Source: an uncultured Candidatus Saccharibacteria bacterium (lineage in GTDB: Bacteria > Patescibacteriota > WWE3 > CAZQFB01). Taken from it: a stretch of DNA of 64,000 nucleotides. The stretch is from positions 1,195 through 65,194 of the forward strand of contig CAZQFB010000004.1 of NCBI GenBank assembly GCA_964592525.1, read 5' to 3'. Every line of letters begins with the position of its first letter. The first letter of the stretch is position 1. Made by a program: the position numbers and the translations under genes. Shown here piece by piece: positions 31,601 through 40,510 of this stretch. Below the pieces are notes generated by a model. It ran no database searches, had not been told where the DNA came from, and saw nothing but the letters and a program-made list of their open reading frames with translations.

Positions 31601-34330
31601 AGCTATTGTATGTTCATGTTTGATACTCCGGGTGACACGGCAGCGGATTGTGTGGGTAAAGCGATTGGTGCTTTGTGTGGTGAGGTAGTGGTGGTGCCAA
31701 CCTGTGGTGATGGGGTTTGTACTCCGCCTGAAGATAGCACCACCTGCCCACAGGATTGCCCGGCTGGAGGACTTACTTGTGGTGATGGGGTGTGTGAGCC
31801 CCCAGAGGATGAGATTAACTGCCCCCCAGATTGTGCTGTGGCTTTGTGTAGGGATGAGACCGCTGAATGTGGTGCTGGGGCATGTTGCCCCGGTTTAGTT
31901 GAAGTGGGTTTTTGTGAGCTAGGTTCGGATGGATTATGCGTATGTATGGATTGTGGCTCTGTTTGTAGAGCTTGTGGTAATGGGGTGTGTGAGGCTAATG
32001 AAAATGAGTGTATGTGTCCGCAAGATTGCGCGGTGGGTACCCCGGATTTAGAAGTATCGGGTATTACTTATTATGCTTCTGAAGCAGACGCAATTACGGG
32101 GACTACTCCTTTAACGGAAGCAGATCTTATTAATTACCTCGGCCAACAAATATATTTTAAGGCAGAGTTAACTAATATTGGTGATGGTCAGGTGCCTGTG
32201 GGGTTCTTTACCGAATGGCGTCAGGGTACTCCAGATGAAGACATTGCCGAGATGACCGTGTTAGATCACAGTTATCACACTTACCCAGTGGGTCCGATCT
32301 TGCCTCCGGGAACGGTATCAGAGCATGAAAGCACCATTCAAAATTGGACGGTAGTGGCAGGAACCCATAAAATCGGCTTTATTGCTGATAGTGAAAACTT
32401 CCCGGGTTCAACTCAAGGCGGCTATATTAGTGAAGTTAATGAAAACAATAATGCCTACACGATCACCTTACAGATTTCAGATTTAATTCCAATCCCAGAA
32501 GATGCTCATTGTGTGGGTTCAGCTTGTGTGGTGGGTGCTGGGGTTAAACCTTGTGTGGCTGATAGTGATTGTACTGATTACTGTGGGGCGATGGATATTA
32601 CTAAGACGCTTATGGGTCCAGATGAGCCTGTTATTATTACCCAGCCGATATTTTATTACTGGAATGGTGGTTATTGTGAGGAGTTTGATCCTTACCAATA
32701 TCTCTGTGAAGGCTCTGATTGCGGTGAGATGTTCAGAAGTGGTGATCGTTTAATGAGTAATACTCCGAAGCAGGCTTTACTGGATTGCCAGGCGGCTTTT
32801 GCCCATTGCCCTCAACAGGAGCCGGAAGTGTGTAACGCCGATCTATGTGTCAAAGCTCAAGCGGAGATAGACCATTTTGAGTTGGCTGATGGCTTGGAAA
32901 TTAATAACCAGCCACCCATGTTCAGGCTTTGGGTCAATGGCACTGCGTTGACTGAAGTTGGTGGCGTGAGACTACCGGTGCAACAGGTAGTGGCAAACGA
33001 AGGAGCTTGGCAAATTTATACCTTTGATGTTCCCGGTTTGCAACCAGATTCCTCTGTCTATATTGCCTATGTCAATGATCGCTTTGATACCCCAGAGCAT
33101 AACCGTAACTTGTTGATTGACTGGGTAGAGATTGCAGGTAACCGGATTCAGGCGGAGAACGCTCAATATGATATTGGTGAATTTGTCGGACACGCTGAAG
33201 TCTTTCGTGGTCATCAGTCTTCAGGTATGGACTGTAAGAGAGTGATAACGGGTCGGGAGGTTATGGAAGTTGAGGGGATGTTGCGCTTCAATAGTCCTTG
33301 TTATACCCCGGGTTCGTTACCTTTGGGTACCATCACCGGTAGATTATACGAGGGTGCTAGCTTTGCCGGCGACCAGCTAAGTGATCCTGGTTTTGAGCTG
33401 ACTGCTTCTTCAGCCTACACTTTACGGCTTGACCCTTCGGCTGGTACCACAGCTATTTTTGATTTTAGTGCCTACACGCCAAGTGGTTATACCCTAGCTG
33501 ATACTTGGCAGGGATTGCATGATCTGGATCTGATGTATGTTGGTGAGGGTGAAGTGCGCTATCGTGTTTGTGAGGAAGGTGGTTCTTGCACTGGTCTGTT
33601 GGAAGCAAGTAGCTTTGCCGATCATAACGTCATTACGATAGAGATCCCAGAAACTGGTTTAGGTACAACTCCTCTACTCACTATTGATTGGTACATTGGT
33701 GAAGTAACCGAAGCACAGGGGGATTGTGATATTTGCGAGCTTAACCCCAGCCGTAGCTACACTATAGCTGATGGGTTAGTAGCCGTGCTCAACCAAGCTG
33801 GCGCAGCTTATCAAGTACCAGCCGAGGTGCTTTTAGGCATTCTCCTACATGAGGGTTGGCATTCCAGTGGACCCCATGTCTTAGACTTTACACAAGAGCA
33901 AGTTAGCCAAGCTGTTACCTCGCGTGAACCCTATTGTTTTAGGAACTCTTACTGTGCGGCTGGACCGTTCCAATTTTCAACCAACCCTAGCTCTTTTGTT
34001 GGCACTGTTACAGAACTAAGCAATGGGTGCCCTGACTGGCCTGGCTATGACTTATGGTCAATTACAACTGGCACTGCCGGTTCTGATACTCGCCTTGAGT
34101 TTAATCAGGTGTTAGGCGAAACTGCGGACTATACTCCCCACCCCTGTAATTTAAGAGATGCTGCCTTTGCTGCGGCGGCTTATGTTAAAGAACATTTTAA
34201 TGCTGTTCCTAATAATTGTACTGCTTGGGGTGAGGCTGCATACGATGAAGCCTGGCGGATTTGGCATGGTACTTGCTATGACATCTGCGATAATAATTTT
34301 GAGTTTCTTACTGAAGTGTGCTTGGAGTAA
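28646..34330 (+). CDS. giant Cys-rich secreted/surface protein (1894 aa) with repeated CGDGVC..CPxDC mini-modules and duplicated beta-sandwich-like modules
   Basis: N-terminal TM followed by YRRQIFFNRAAS. Five copies of CG(D/N)GVC(E/T)xPEDxxxCP(E/Q)DC. Two ~100-aa modules (QCFSSNCPRIALFVNGEHIITTDS and LWVNGTALTEVGG...IDWVEIAGNRI) are shared with paralog A. The C-terminal ~180-aa Cys/Trp-rich domain is of unknown function. Confidence 0.7.
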   Translation: MMPNLPEPLTIPPSEIPSGGRSFKPFPHIKPQALIVLFMFLITPLVLFMLYRRQIFFNRAASLEEYTYEFTTPARVNAEVANAQIYPDLAIGEQRHFVTWRDHSVSGSDEAADIMVATSDGLVAGDSWGGYTQLTQASITASDDYYPVPSIAAANDDQAIVVWDGSSELYFSRTSNGGDEWTSPAIIQEKPPAITAISVEAKVSGQCFSSNCPRIALFVNGEHIITTDSKNYGEFVIIDSSVAQKYTFNLPSSVEITEADEVSIRVYNVEGLRTAYFRAVSINDQPEAKPGILDRGLLEDGSSFDGVDYAEITGSNWVTVSADEGAEGMLRFNHTSAGLLGNQAEFTFFNSGSEGFAHSPKIIYANGTYYVVAVILNDSEMKLVMYHSLDQGDSWSFEEVEAGLTGTDWQSVTPAIAYGGGKLHIVYAASDEIKYALREVASGSSWSTPQTIAPSFVSNPRLIANDDKVFVAFAGGEASVISIATKNHSDSNFNFYQVGTGENTHHPDLALSGDLLQVYWVSGNDLSYSGSRDEGVTWLAPIMVTTGGGNQYPAVAAGANTPGSVVYQGSASGDFDIYASSVVIEEVVNACGDGVCEAPEDSTSCPEDCPPSTTSPDLVVSGISYYASEGDALAGTNPLSEDALSNYLGQDIYFKAALQNVGSVILQKFYVDWREGSPGDVYEEMSSFKMEEHSYPENERLSNLLPGEISSHGSTVGRWTVPGAGSYAVGFRADVEHEPDLNPQAIGSLEEDDEDNNEFVLTFQISGSSCGDGVCTPPEDGSNCPEDCGITPVPRNGNIVVVAKGIASSSGVMPKIKVAADGSFLKVTDGGDETEVEVTSEYQSYYFAITTSREKIDVLFANSDINLAIADVADKAILLIDRVSMYTPFLQETRIEVENGMGSASEAIILDTGGSFAQEFSSLTTRHFIQATDLVCSADNLLGGVTPCESNALTISETGALRINYDSSVQCLQDNNPSLPLLAPRSYCMFMFDTPGDTAADCVGKAIGALCGEVVVVPTCGDGVCTPPEDSTTCPQDCPAGGLTCGDGVCEPPEDEINCPPDCAVALCRDETAECGAGACCPGLVEVGFCELGSDGLCVCMDCGSVCRACGNGVCEANENECMCPQDCAVGTPDLEVSGITYYASEADAITGTTPLTEADLINYLGQQIYFKAELTNIGDGQVPVGFFTEWRQGTPDEDIAEMTVLDHSYHTYPVGPILPPGTVSEHESTIQNWTVVAGTHKIGFIADSENFPGSTQGGYISEVNENNNAYTITLQISDLIPIPEDAHCVGSACVVGAGVKPCVADSDCTDYCGAMDITKTLMGPDEPVIITQPIFYYWNGGYCEEFDPYQYLCEGSDCGEMFRSGDRLMSNTPKQALLDCQAAFAHCPQQEPEVCNADLCVKAQAEIDHFELADGLEINNQPPMFRLWVNGTALTEVGGVRLPVQQVVANEGAWQIYTFDVPGLQPDSSVYIAYVNDRFDTPEHNRNLLIDWVEIAGNRIQAENAQYDIGEFVGHAEVFRGHQSSGMDCKRVITGREVMEVEGMLRFNSPCYTPGSLPLGTITGRLYEGASFAGDQLSDPGFELTASSAYTLRLDPSAGTTAIFDFSAYTPSGYTLADTWQGLHDLDLMYVGEGEVRYRVCEEGGSCTGLLEASSFADHNVITIEIPETGLGTTPLLTIDWYIGEVTEAQGDCDICELNPSRSYTIADGLVAVLNQAGAAYQVPAEVLLGILLHEGWHSSGPHVLDFTQEQVSQAVTSREPYCFRNSYCAAGPFQFSTNPSSFVGTVTELSNGCPDWPGYDLWSITTGTAGSDTRLEFNQVLGETADYTPHPCNLRDAAFAAAAYVKEHFNAVPNNCTAWGEAAYDEAWRIWHGTCYDICDNNFEFLTEVCLE

Positions 34331-34336
34331 GACAAG

Positions 34337-36565
34337 CTAAGGTAGGACTTCGGGTCGCGTGTCCGCTTCTAGATTATCGGCTTCCTCTAAAGTAGTGCCA
34401 TCTTCTTCAGTAGCTTTTTTCTGCTCTTCCTCTGACGCCTCCTCCGCTTGTTCTTCTGGTTCAAGCTCGGCGGCGGGTGATGCTTCCACCTGTTCGCCTA
34501 AAATGTTGGTTTCAACTGGAACCTGTTCTTGTTGTGATAGTTCAACTTGTTGCTCACCGGCTAGTTTGACCAATTCTTCAAGTTCCGCATGGGCTTTTAA
34601 GTAACTTTCACTAGTGGGATCTACTAAATCTTTAGTGCGTTGCATGGCTTGCGCTGCCAGCGCTAAATCACCTTTTTGGCGGTAAGACCAAGCTAAGTTG
34701 TAAAAAGCATTAGCATAATCATTCTTTAAACGAGCTGCATCCGAAAAAGCAGAAATAGCATTGTCCCAATCCTGCAGACCATAGTAAATGCCTCCAATGG
34801 CTACTCTTAATCTGGGGTTAAAGGGATTTAGGTTGATAGCTTGGGTGTAGGAGGTAATTGCCCACTGGTCAGCTCCAGCAGCGACACCACGAAGGTCACG
34901 GTACGTGTTCCCCAAAATTTCCCAGTACGCAGCGTTGTTTGGTGCAATGGTTACGGTTTTACGAGCTTCTCGGATGGCTTGGTTAATGAGCTGACTAATA
35001 TTTTGTCTATCCTGTTCCGTTAGTCCCTCGGGGGTTCTTGCTGCCAGAGCATTGGCAATGGCCATGTTAGTAGTCGCATAAGCAGCATGGAACTTTGGCT
35101 CTAGAGGATTAAGTTTAATAACCTGTTGCTGTAGCGTGTAGGTGCGCGTGCCACTACCTTCTCTAGCGGCTTGCAAGCTTTGCGCAAACTTAACTTCGGC
35201 GGCGTAAATACGCGACAAACCATAAAAAGCGCCAACGTTAAGTAGTAAGATCAACCCCAAAGCGACCTTAGTCATGTTAGTTTTTGGTAAATTCTCCCAA
35301 GCTGGTGCGCCCCCCTCATAATTACCTTGATTAACGGGTAAAGTAATCACCCACAGCTGTACCTCTTGACCAGGTTTGTTCTTCAGTAGAAAACTGTGTT
35401 TATCAAATAGCGCGGCGGTAACCACAAACAAAAATAACGTAGTTGTGGTTAGGGGTAGCAGAATTAAGATTAAAGTACTTGCCAGCAAAGAAGCCGTGAG
35501 TACTAGTTGCAGAGCTTCAGCAGCCGTTCTCACCTTTGTGCTTTGCACGGCAGGCTCGGCTGCATATTCAGTTGGTTGTTCTGGGGAAGGTTGGTTATTA
35601 TTAATTAGACCCGAAAGCACTTCTTTTAAGCTAAAGCCGGCCGCAATTAGTAAGAGTACTAACGCAAGTAACCCGACTGTTCCCAGTTCCGTAAAAATTT
35701 GTAGTGGTGTGTTGTGGGCAGAGCCAAAGATAACCGCCCAGTTGACCGTCTTATTGTATTCTAACGGTTTATATTGCTGAAACGCTTCCGAGTATTTACC
35801 CGGTCCGGTACCAAAAAGAGGACTTTCTTTAAACTCACTGGTGGCAATGGTCCAAGAATCTTTAAGGCTGGGCAGAGGTGTTGTTTGTTGGTTGCTGATT
35901 GGATTTTGGATTAATAAAGCGACTGTTGCCACTAAAGTTACAGCAAACAGTGTTAATTTAAGCTGCTTTTTTTTAAGCAGTAAGGTCAGTGAACCTGCCA
36001 TTACTATGGTTAATATCTGTAGGGCATTCAAATTAAAGATTGAGCCGGCTGGTGTTAGGGCTTGAGCTGGTAGCCAAGCTGCTTTAGAGAAAAAATTAAG
36101 AGCAATGCCTTGCTGATACAGCGCCAACAGAGAAATAATGGTACTGCTAAAAAGAAGCGCACCCAGAATAAGATAAATATTTTGTGGCTTGACTACGCCA
36201 TTAAGATATATTTGGTAGAGGAAGGGTAGTGCCACCAAGACCCAGGTGGTTAAACTAACTAGACTGACAGTACGAGAGGGGTTCATAATCAGTGAGAGCA
36301 GACTAGCAAAGGCGAGCAAAAAAAGAGGCAGCGCAATTTTGGTTTTAATCAGTCTGATTTCGCGCTGGAGCGTTAATTTTACTCCCCACAGAACTAAGCC
36401 TACTAAAGTGACGGAGATGAATAAGAGTTGCTTGTTAAGTTCAAACCAGTCTTGGGTAATAGGTAGCAAGAACAAGGGGAGCAAAAAAGCTGCTCCAGCC
36501 AACAAATAGATGATTACATTATTGAGTATATTTTGGCTGTTTAGATTTTGTTCATTCATTAACAT
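34337..36565 (-). CDS. O-antigen ligase (Wzy_C)-like polytopic membrane protein with C-terminal TPR repeats and highly acidic tail
   Basis: Ten or more TM helices. GSAHNTPLQIFTELGTVGLL matches the Wzy_C/O-antigen ligase H..N...E.G..G motif. TPR-like repeats (AYWEILGNTY..., AFYNLAWSYRQKGD). Final ~70 aa rich in E/Q/A. Confidence 0.6.
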   Translation of the reverse strand: MLMNEQNLNSQNILNNVIIYLLAGAAFLLPLFLLPITQDWFELNKQLLFISVTLVGLVLWGVKLTLQREIRLIKTKIALPLFLLAFASLLSLIMNPSRTVSLVSLTTWVLVALPFLYQIYLNGVVKPQNIYLILGALLFSSTIISLLALYQQGIALNFFSKAAWLPAQALTPAGSIFNLNALQILTIVMAGSLTLLLKKKQLKLTLFAVTLVATVALLIQNPISNQQTTPLPSLKDSWTIATSEFKESPLFGTGPGKYSEAFQQYKPLEYNKTVNWAVIFGSAHNTPLQIFTELGTVGLLALVLLLIAAGFSLKEVLSGLINNNQPSPEQPTEYAAEPAVQSTKVRTAAEALQLVLTASLLASTLILILLPLTTTTLFLFVVTAALFDKHSFLLKNKPGQEVQLWVITLPVNQGNYEGGAPAWENLPKTNMTKVALGLILLLNVGAFYGLSRIYAAEVKFAQSLQAAREGSGTRTYTLQQQVIKLNPLEPKFHAAYATTNMAIANALAARTPEGLTEQDRQNISQLINQAIREARKTVTIAPNNAAYWEILGNTYRDLRGVAAGADQWAITSYTQAINLNPFNPRLRVAIGGIYYGLQDWDNAISAFSDAARLKNDYANAFYNLAWSYRQKGDLALAAQAMQRTKDLVDPTSESYLKAHAELEELVKLAGEQQVELSQQEQVPVETNILGEQVEASPAAELEPEEQAEEASEEEQKKATEEDGTTLEEADNLEADTRPEVLP

Positions 36566-36694
36566 CCAATATTAAACTTGTTAGTGTCAGCTTGGCAAGG
36601 GGGTATTTGGCTGTGGAGCCAATATTTTATTGGTTATAAGTGTGTAATCGGTTGTTTTTATGGGAAATATATTCTTTCGTAGTAAAATAATAAA

Positions 36695-37141
36695 GTGATG
36701 GTTTATCTTGGCTCTGATCATGCTGGTTTCGGTATCAAAAAAGAACTTGCTAAGTTTTTTATTACTTGTTGCTTGAAGTACGAAGACTGTGGTCCTGAAG
36801 CTTATGATCAGACAGATGATTACCCCCAGCATGCCGAGAAAGTAGCTAAGCGAGTAGCAGCTAATCCTGGCTCCAGGGGAATTTTGATTTGTGGTACGGG
36901 AACCGGCATGGTGATCATTGCCAATAAAATTAAAGGCATCCGCGCTGCTGTTGGTTTTTCAGACTACGCGGTTAAAATGGCACGCAGAGATAATGATGTT
37001 AATATCATTACCTTTTCTGGTCGTAAACAGTCTGCTTCAGAAATTATTCAGCTCGTGAAGATTTTTCTGGATACTCCTTTTTCAGACACACCCCGCCACC
37101 AAAACCGGCTATCAGAAATAAAAAGGATAGAGGGTAAATGA
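36695..37141 (+). CDS. rpiB: ribose-5-phosphate isomerase B
   Basis: RpiB/LacAB family motifs GSDHAGF and ILICGTGTGM. Confidence 0.8.
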   Translation: MMVYLGSDHAGFGIKKELAKFFITCCLKYEDCGPEAYDQTDDYPQHAEKVAKRVAANPGSRGILICGTGTGMVIIANKIKGIRAAVGFSDYAVKMARRDNDVNIITFSGRKQSASEIIQLVKIFLDTPFSDTPRHQNRLSEIKRIEGK

Positions 37142-37794
37142 CCAAATCTCTAACAGTTATTCCAGGTATACTGGCTAGAAGCAAAGAAGATTTTGCCGAA
37201 AAACTGGCTGTTTTGGAAAGTCTAAAGCCACCCCGAATTCAGGTTGATTTAGCAGATGGTTTGGCGGTACCCAACCGCACTCTGTCTTTAGCGGATATCC
37301 AGTCAGTCCCTAGTACCATTAGTCAAACGCTGCACTTGATGGTGCTTAATCCCCATCAGGTTGTTCCTCAAATACAAGACTCTGGTGTAATTACAGAAAT
37401 TATTTTTCATCTTGATTGGGAACAAAAACCCTATTTAGTTTTTGATTATGCCACTGAAAAAAATATCTCGGTCTCAATTGCTCTGACACCAGTGATGAAC
37501 GAAACGGTGGGGGTAGCAGACATCGCCCCTTTTGTCTCTATGCTTAGTTCGGTGGTGGTATTGGCAGTAGTACCTGGTTTTTCAGGGCAGCCTTTTCGCG
37601 AGAATGTGCTGACCACGATTTTTCATTTAAAAAAAGAATATCCTCAATTACCTATTGGCGTGGATGGGGGTATGAACCCTGAAACTGTAGCTAAAGTAGC
37701 TCAAGCCGGTGCTTCTATTATTTACGCCACGAGTTATATTCTTCGCTCGCCCCAACCACAAGTAGCACTTGAAGAGCTGCAAGCAACCGCCTAG
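37138..37794 (+). CDS. rpe: ribulose-phosphate 3-epimerase-like protein
   Basis: TIM-barrel Rpe pattern VIPGILARS...IQVDLADGLAVPN...VDGGMNPETV. Divergent at metal-ligand positions. Overlaps rpiB by 4 nt. Confidence 0.55.
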   Translation: MTKSLTVIPGILARSKEDFAEKLAVLESLKPPRIQVDLADGLAVPNRTLSLADIQSVPSTISQTLHLMVLNPHQVVPQIQDSGVITEIIFHLDWEQKPYLVFDYATEKNISVSIALTPVMNETVGVADIAPFVSMLSSVVVLAVVPGFSGQPFRENVLTTIFHLKKEYPQLPIGVDGGMNPETVAKVAQAGASIIYATSYILRSPQPQVALEELQATA

Positions 37795-37804
37795 AATCAA
37801 AGAC

Positions 37805-38407
37805 ATGAAAAGTGTTAATAAAGTTACTATTTTTGGTTACGCTTCGGCTACGGAAGAAGAACCTTTATACAAACAGGTGTTTGAGGTGGCTAAATTATTA
37901 GCAGAGAATGGTTTTGTGGTGGTTCAAGGAGGTGGGACTGGGTTAATGAGAGCCGCTGGGCAAGGAGCTAAAGCAGGTGGGGGTAAGACAATTAGTGTGA
38001 CTCTCGCCCCAGACGCGCTAACGGAAGTGGCACTATCTAATTTTGAAGGTAAAGATCCCAATAATCCTTTTGATGAGGAAATAATTACTCATAGTTATGT
38101 AGAAAGAACTTTAACCTTAATGCAGCAAGGAGATGTGTATGTGATTTTTAATGGTGGTACCGGGACGGTTTCTGAATTTGGTATGGCTTGGGGGTTAGCT
38201 AAAATCTATTTTGGTCAGCATAAACCCTTAATCTTATTTGGTGGTTGGTGGCATAATATTATGGAAACTTTCGCTAGGAACATGTACATCAGAGATGCAG
38301 CGCTTAAGGTTTATAAAATAGTTGATGAGCCAGCGGAGGTTATTGAAGCGATCAATGATTTAAGTGCTGATTTAGATTATTTCCAAACTGGGTCTGCTGG
38401 TCATTAA
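37805..38407 (+). CDS. LOG family protein (TIGR00730 Rossmann-fold nucleotide-binding / cytokinin riboside 5'-monophosphate phosphoribohydrolase-like)
   Basis: VVQGGGTGLMRAAGQGA...NGGTGTVSEFGMAW matches the LOG-family GGGxGxM...GGxGTxxE motifs. The ATG at 37805 is preferred to the track start at 37769, which overlaps rpe. Confidence 0.65.
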   Translation: MKSVNKVTIFGYASATEEEPLYKQVFEVAKLLAENGFVVVQGGGTGLMRAAGQGAKAGGGKTISVTLAPDALTEVALSNFEGKDPNNPFDEEIITHSYVERTLTLMQQGDVYVIFNGGTGTVSEFGMAWGLAKIYFGQHKPLILFGGWWHNIMETFARNMYIRDAALKVYKIVDEPAEVIEAINDLSADLDYFQTGSAGH

Positions 38408-38410
38408 ATA

Positions 38411-39265
38411 ATGGCTAACTACACCTTTTCAGAATTACAGGCAATCGCTAACGAAATCAGGGAAGATGTTATCAAGATGTTGTTGAAAGCCGGCTCTGGT
38501 CATAGTGCGGGGTCACTTGGTACTGCGGAAATTTTCACCACCTTATATTTAAAGGTGCTTAAGCTTTCTCCAGGTCGGGTTAGGGATCCCAAGAGGGATC
38601 GGTTTGTGTTGTCAGCGGGTCATTTAGCGCCAGTGTGGTATGCAGTTTTAGCGCGGGCGGGGTTTATAGACCGTTCCGAACTAAAGACCCTGCGTCAGTT
38701 GGGCTCGCCACTTCAAGGTCACCCTCATAATCTTGAACTTAAAGTACTGGAAACCAGCTCTGGACCTCTGGGTCAAGGTCTGTCACAAGCTATCGGTATG
38801 GCTTTGGCGGGTCGATTAGACCATCATCGTTACCAAGTTTATTGTTTGATGAGTGATGGTGAACAGCAAGAAGGTCAGGTTTGGGAGGCTTTGATGTTTG
38901 CTGGCAAGGAAAAACTAAACAACCTGACGGCTATTGTTGATCGCAATTTTATTCAAATTAGTGGCGGTACCGAGGAGGTTATGCCCCTTGAACCACTAGC
39001 CGATAAGTACCGTGCTTTTTCTTGGCTGGTGTTAGAGGTAGATGGTCATGATTGTAGCCAGATAGTTGATGCCTGTAATCAAGCGCAAAGAAGTCCCAAA
39101 CCAACTGTTATTATTGCCCACACTACCCCAGGTAAGGGGGTCTCTTTTATGGAAGGCAGTTATGAGTGGCATGGTAAAGCCCCCGAAGATACCTCTCAAG
39201 CAGAAAAGGCTTTGCGTGAGTTGAGAACTCTGCAGGGCAAGATTGAAGCGCAAGATTTAACGTAA
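38411..39265 (+). CDS. transketolase, N-terminal subunit (split transketolase)
   Basis: Thiamine diphosphate-binding motifs GSGHSAGSLGTAE and SAGHLAPVWYAVLA. 284 aa, matching only the N-terminal third of a full transketolase. Confidence 0.85.
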   Translation: MANYTFSELQAIANEIREDVIKMLLKAGSGHSAGSLGTAEIFTTLYLKVLKLSPGRVRDPKRDRFVLSAGHLAPVWYAVLARAGFIDRSELKTLRQLGSPLQGHPHNLELKVLETSSGPLGQGLSQAIGMALAGRLDHHRYQVYCLMSDGEQQEGQVWEALMFAGKEKLNNLTAIVDRNFIQISGGTEEVMPLEPLADKYRAFSWLVLEVDGHDCSQIVDACNQAQRSPKPTVIIAHTTPGKGVSFMEGSYEWHGKAPEDTSQAEKALRELRTLQGKIEAQDLT

Positions 39266-39269
39266 AGCG

Positions 39270-40235
39270 ATGGCACTACTAGTCAAAGATTATTTAAACC
39301 GAGATAAGCTAGCCCACGAGTCTAACCGAGAGGGTTTTGGTCGGGGGTTGGTTGCGGTGGGGCAGACCCATCCAGAAGTGGTGGTTTTGAGTGCTGATTT
39401 ATCTGATTCAACGAAAGTGCGTGACTTTAAAGAACAGTTTCCGGAGCGTTTTTTTGAGGTGGGGGTAGCGGAACAAAATATGTTAGGCATCGCTGCTGGT
39501 TTAGCGCTTTCGGGAAAAATCCCTTTTGCCTCTTCCTATGCGGTTTTTTCGCCGGGGCGTAATTGGGATCAGCTTAGGGTTTCCGTTTGTTATTCGCAAG
39601 CGAATGTCAAAATTGTGGGATCACATGCGGGTTTATCTGTTGGTGCGGATGGGGCAACACATCAGGGTTTAGAAGATATTGCTTTAACCCGAGTCTTGCC
39701 TAATTTAGTAGTGTTAAGCCCAGCGGACAGTAATCAAGCGGAAAAGGCAGTCTTGGCGGCACTAGAACATCCAGGTCCTGTTTATCTCCGTTTGTCGCGT
39801 GCTAACACGGCTGTTTTTTACACCGCGGATGCTCCTTTGGTTATTGGCCAGGCTGAAGTGCTTAAAGAAGGGCATGAAGCGGTTATTTTCGCGACCGGAC
39901 CTTTAGTATATGAAGCGTTATTAGCTGCGGAAGAATTGCAGGGCAAGCGTTCTCTGGCGGTGGTGGATGTCTCGTCAATAAAACCGCTGGATGAAGTGAC
40001 GATTATTTCTCTGGCGAAGAGAACAGGTAAAGTGATTACGGTGGAAGAACACCAGATAGCTGGGGGTTTGGGGGGAGCTGTTGCGGAGCTACTAGCAGAG
40101 AAATTACCCGTGCCTGTGAAAAGAATTGGTGTGGAGGATCGTTTTGGGGAATCGGGCAGCGTTGCTCAATTGTGGCGTAAATATGGTCTTGATGCGACTA
40201 GTTTAGTCACTAAGTTTGATACTTTATTATCTTAA
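39270..40235 (+). CDS. transketolase, C-terminal subunit (split transketolase)
   Basis: Pyrimidine-binding domain motif FEVGVAEQNMLGIAAGLALSGKIPFASSYAVF and C-terminal domain. Immediately follows the N-subunit gene. Confidence 0.85.
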   Translation: MALLVKDYLNRDKLAHESNREGFGRGLVAVGQTHPEVVVLSADLSDSTKVRDFKEQFPERFFEVGVAEQNMLGIAAGLALSGKIPFASSYAVFSPGRNWDQLRVSVCYSQANVKIVGSHAGLSVGADGATHQGLEDIALTRVLPNLVVLSPADSNQAEKAVLAALEHPGPVYLRLSRANTAVFYTADAPLVIGQAEVLKEGHEAVIFATGPLVYEALLAAEELQGKRSLAVVDVSSIKPLDEVTIISLAKRTGKVITVEEHQIAGGLGGAVAELLAEKLPVPVKRIGVEDRFGESGSVAQLWRKYGLDATSLVTKFDTLLS

Positions 40236-40243
40236 AGGCAGCG

Positions 40244-40510
40244 ATGAAAAAATTAGACGAGTTGATGGTTAATTTGGAGTTGGGGAGTGAGGGGAATCGA
40301 GTGACTAGAGAGTTTCAGGATTATGGTTTACGCTTAGCAGAACAACTAGGTGATACCCAGCATAAAGCTTTATATATTAAGCTTGCTAAGACTTTAGAGA
40401 GAAGATTATTGCAGGATGCTTTAGAATTTGTGCTAGATGCTAAGGCAAAAAGCAAAGCCAGGCTTTTTATGTGGAAACTACAGCAATTGAAAGCAGAAAA
40501 ACCTAAATGA
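40244..40510 (+). CDS. hypothetical small charged protein (88 aa)
   Basis: ORF tightly packed after the transketolase genes. No recognisable motif. Confidence 0.3.
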   Translation: MKKLDELMVNLELGSEGNRVTREFQDYGLRLAEQLGDTQHKALYIKLAKTLERRLLQDALEFVLDAKAKSKARLFMWKLQQLKAEKPK

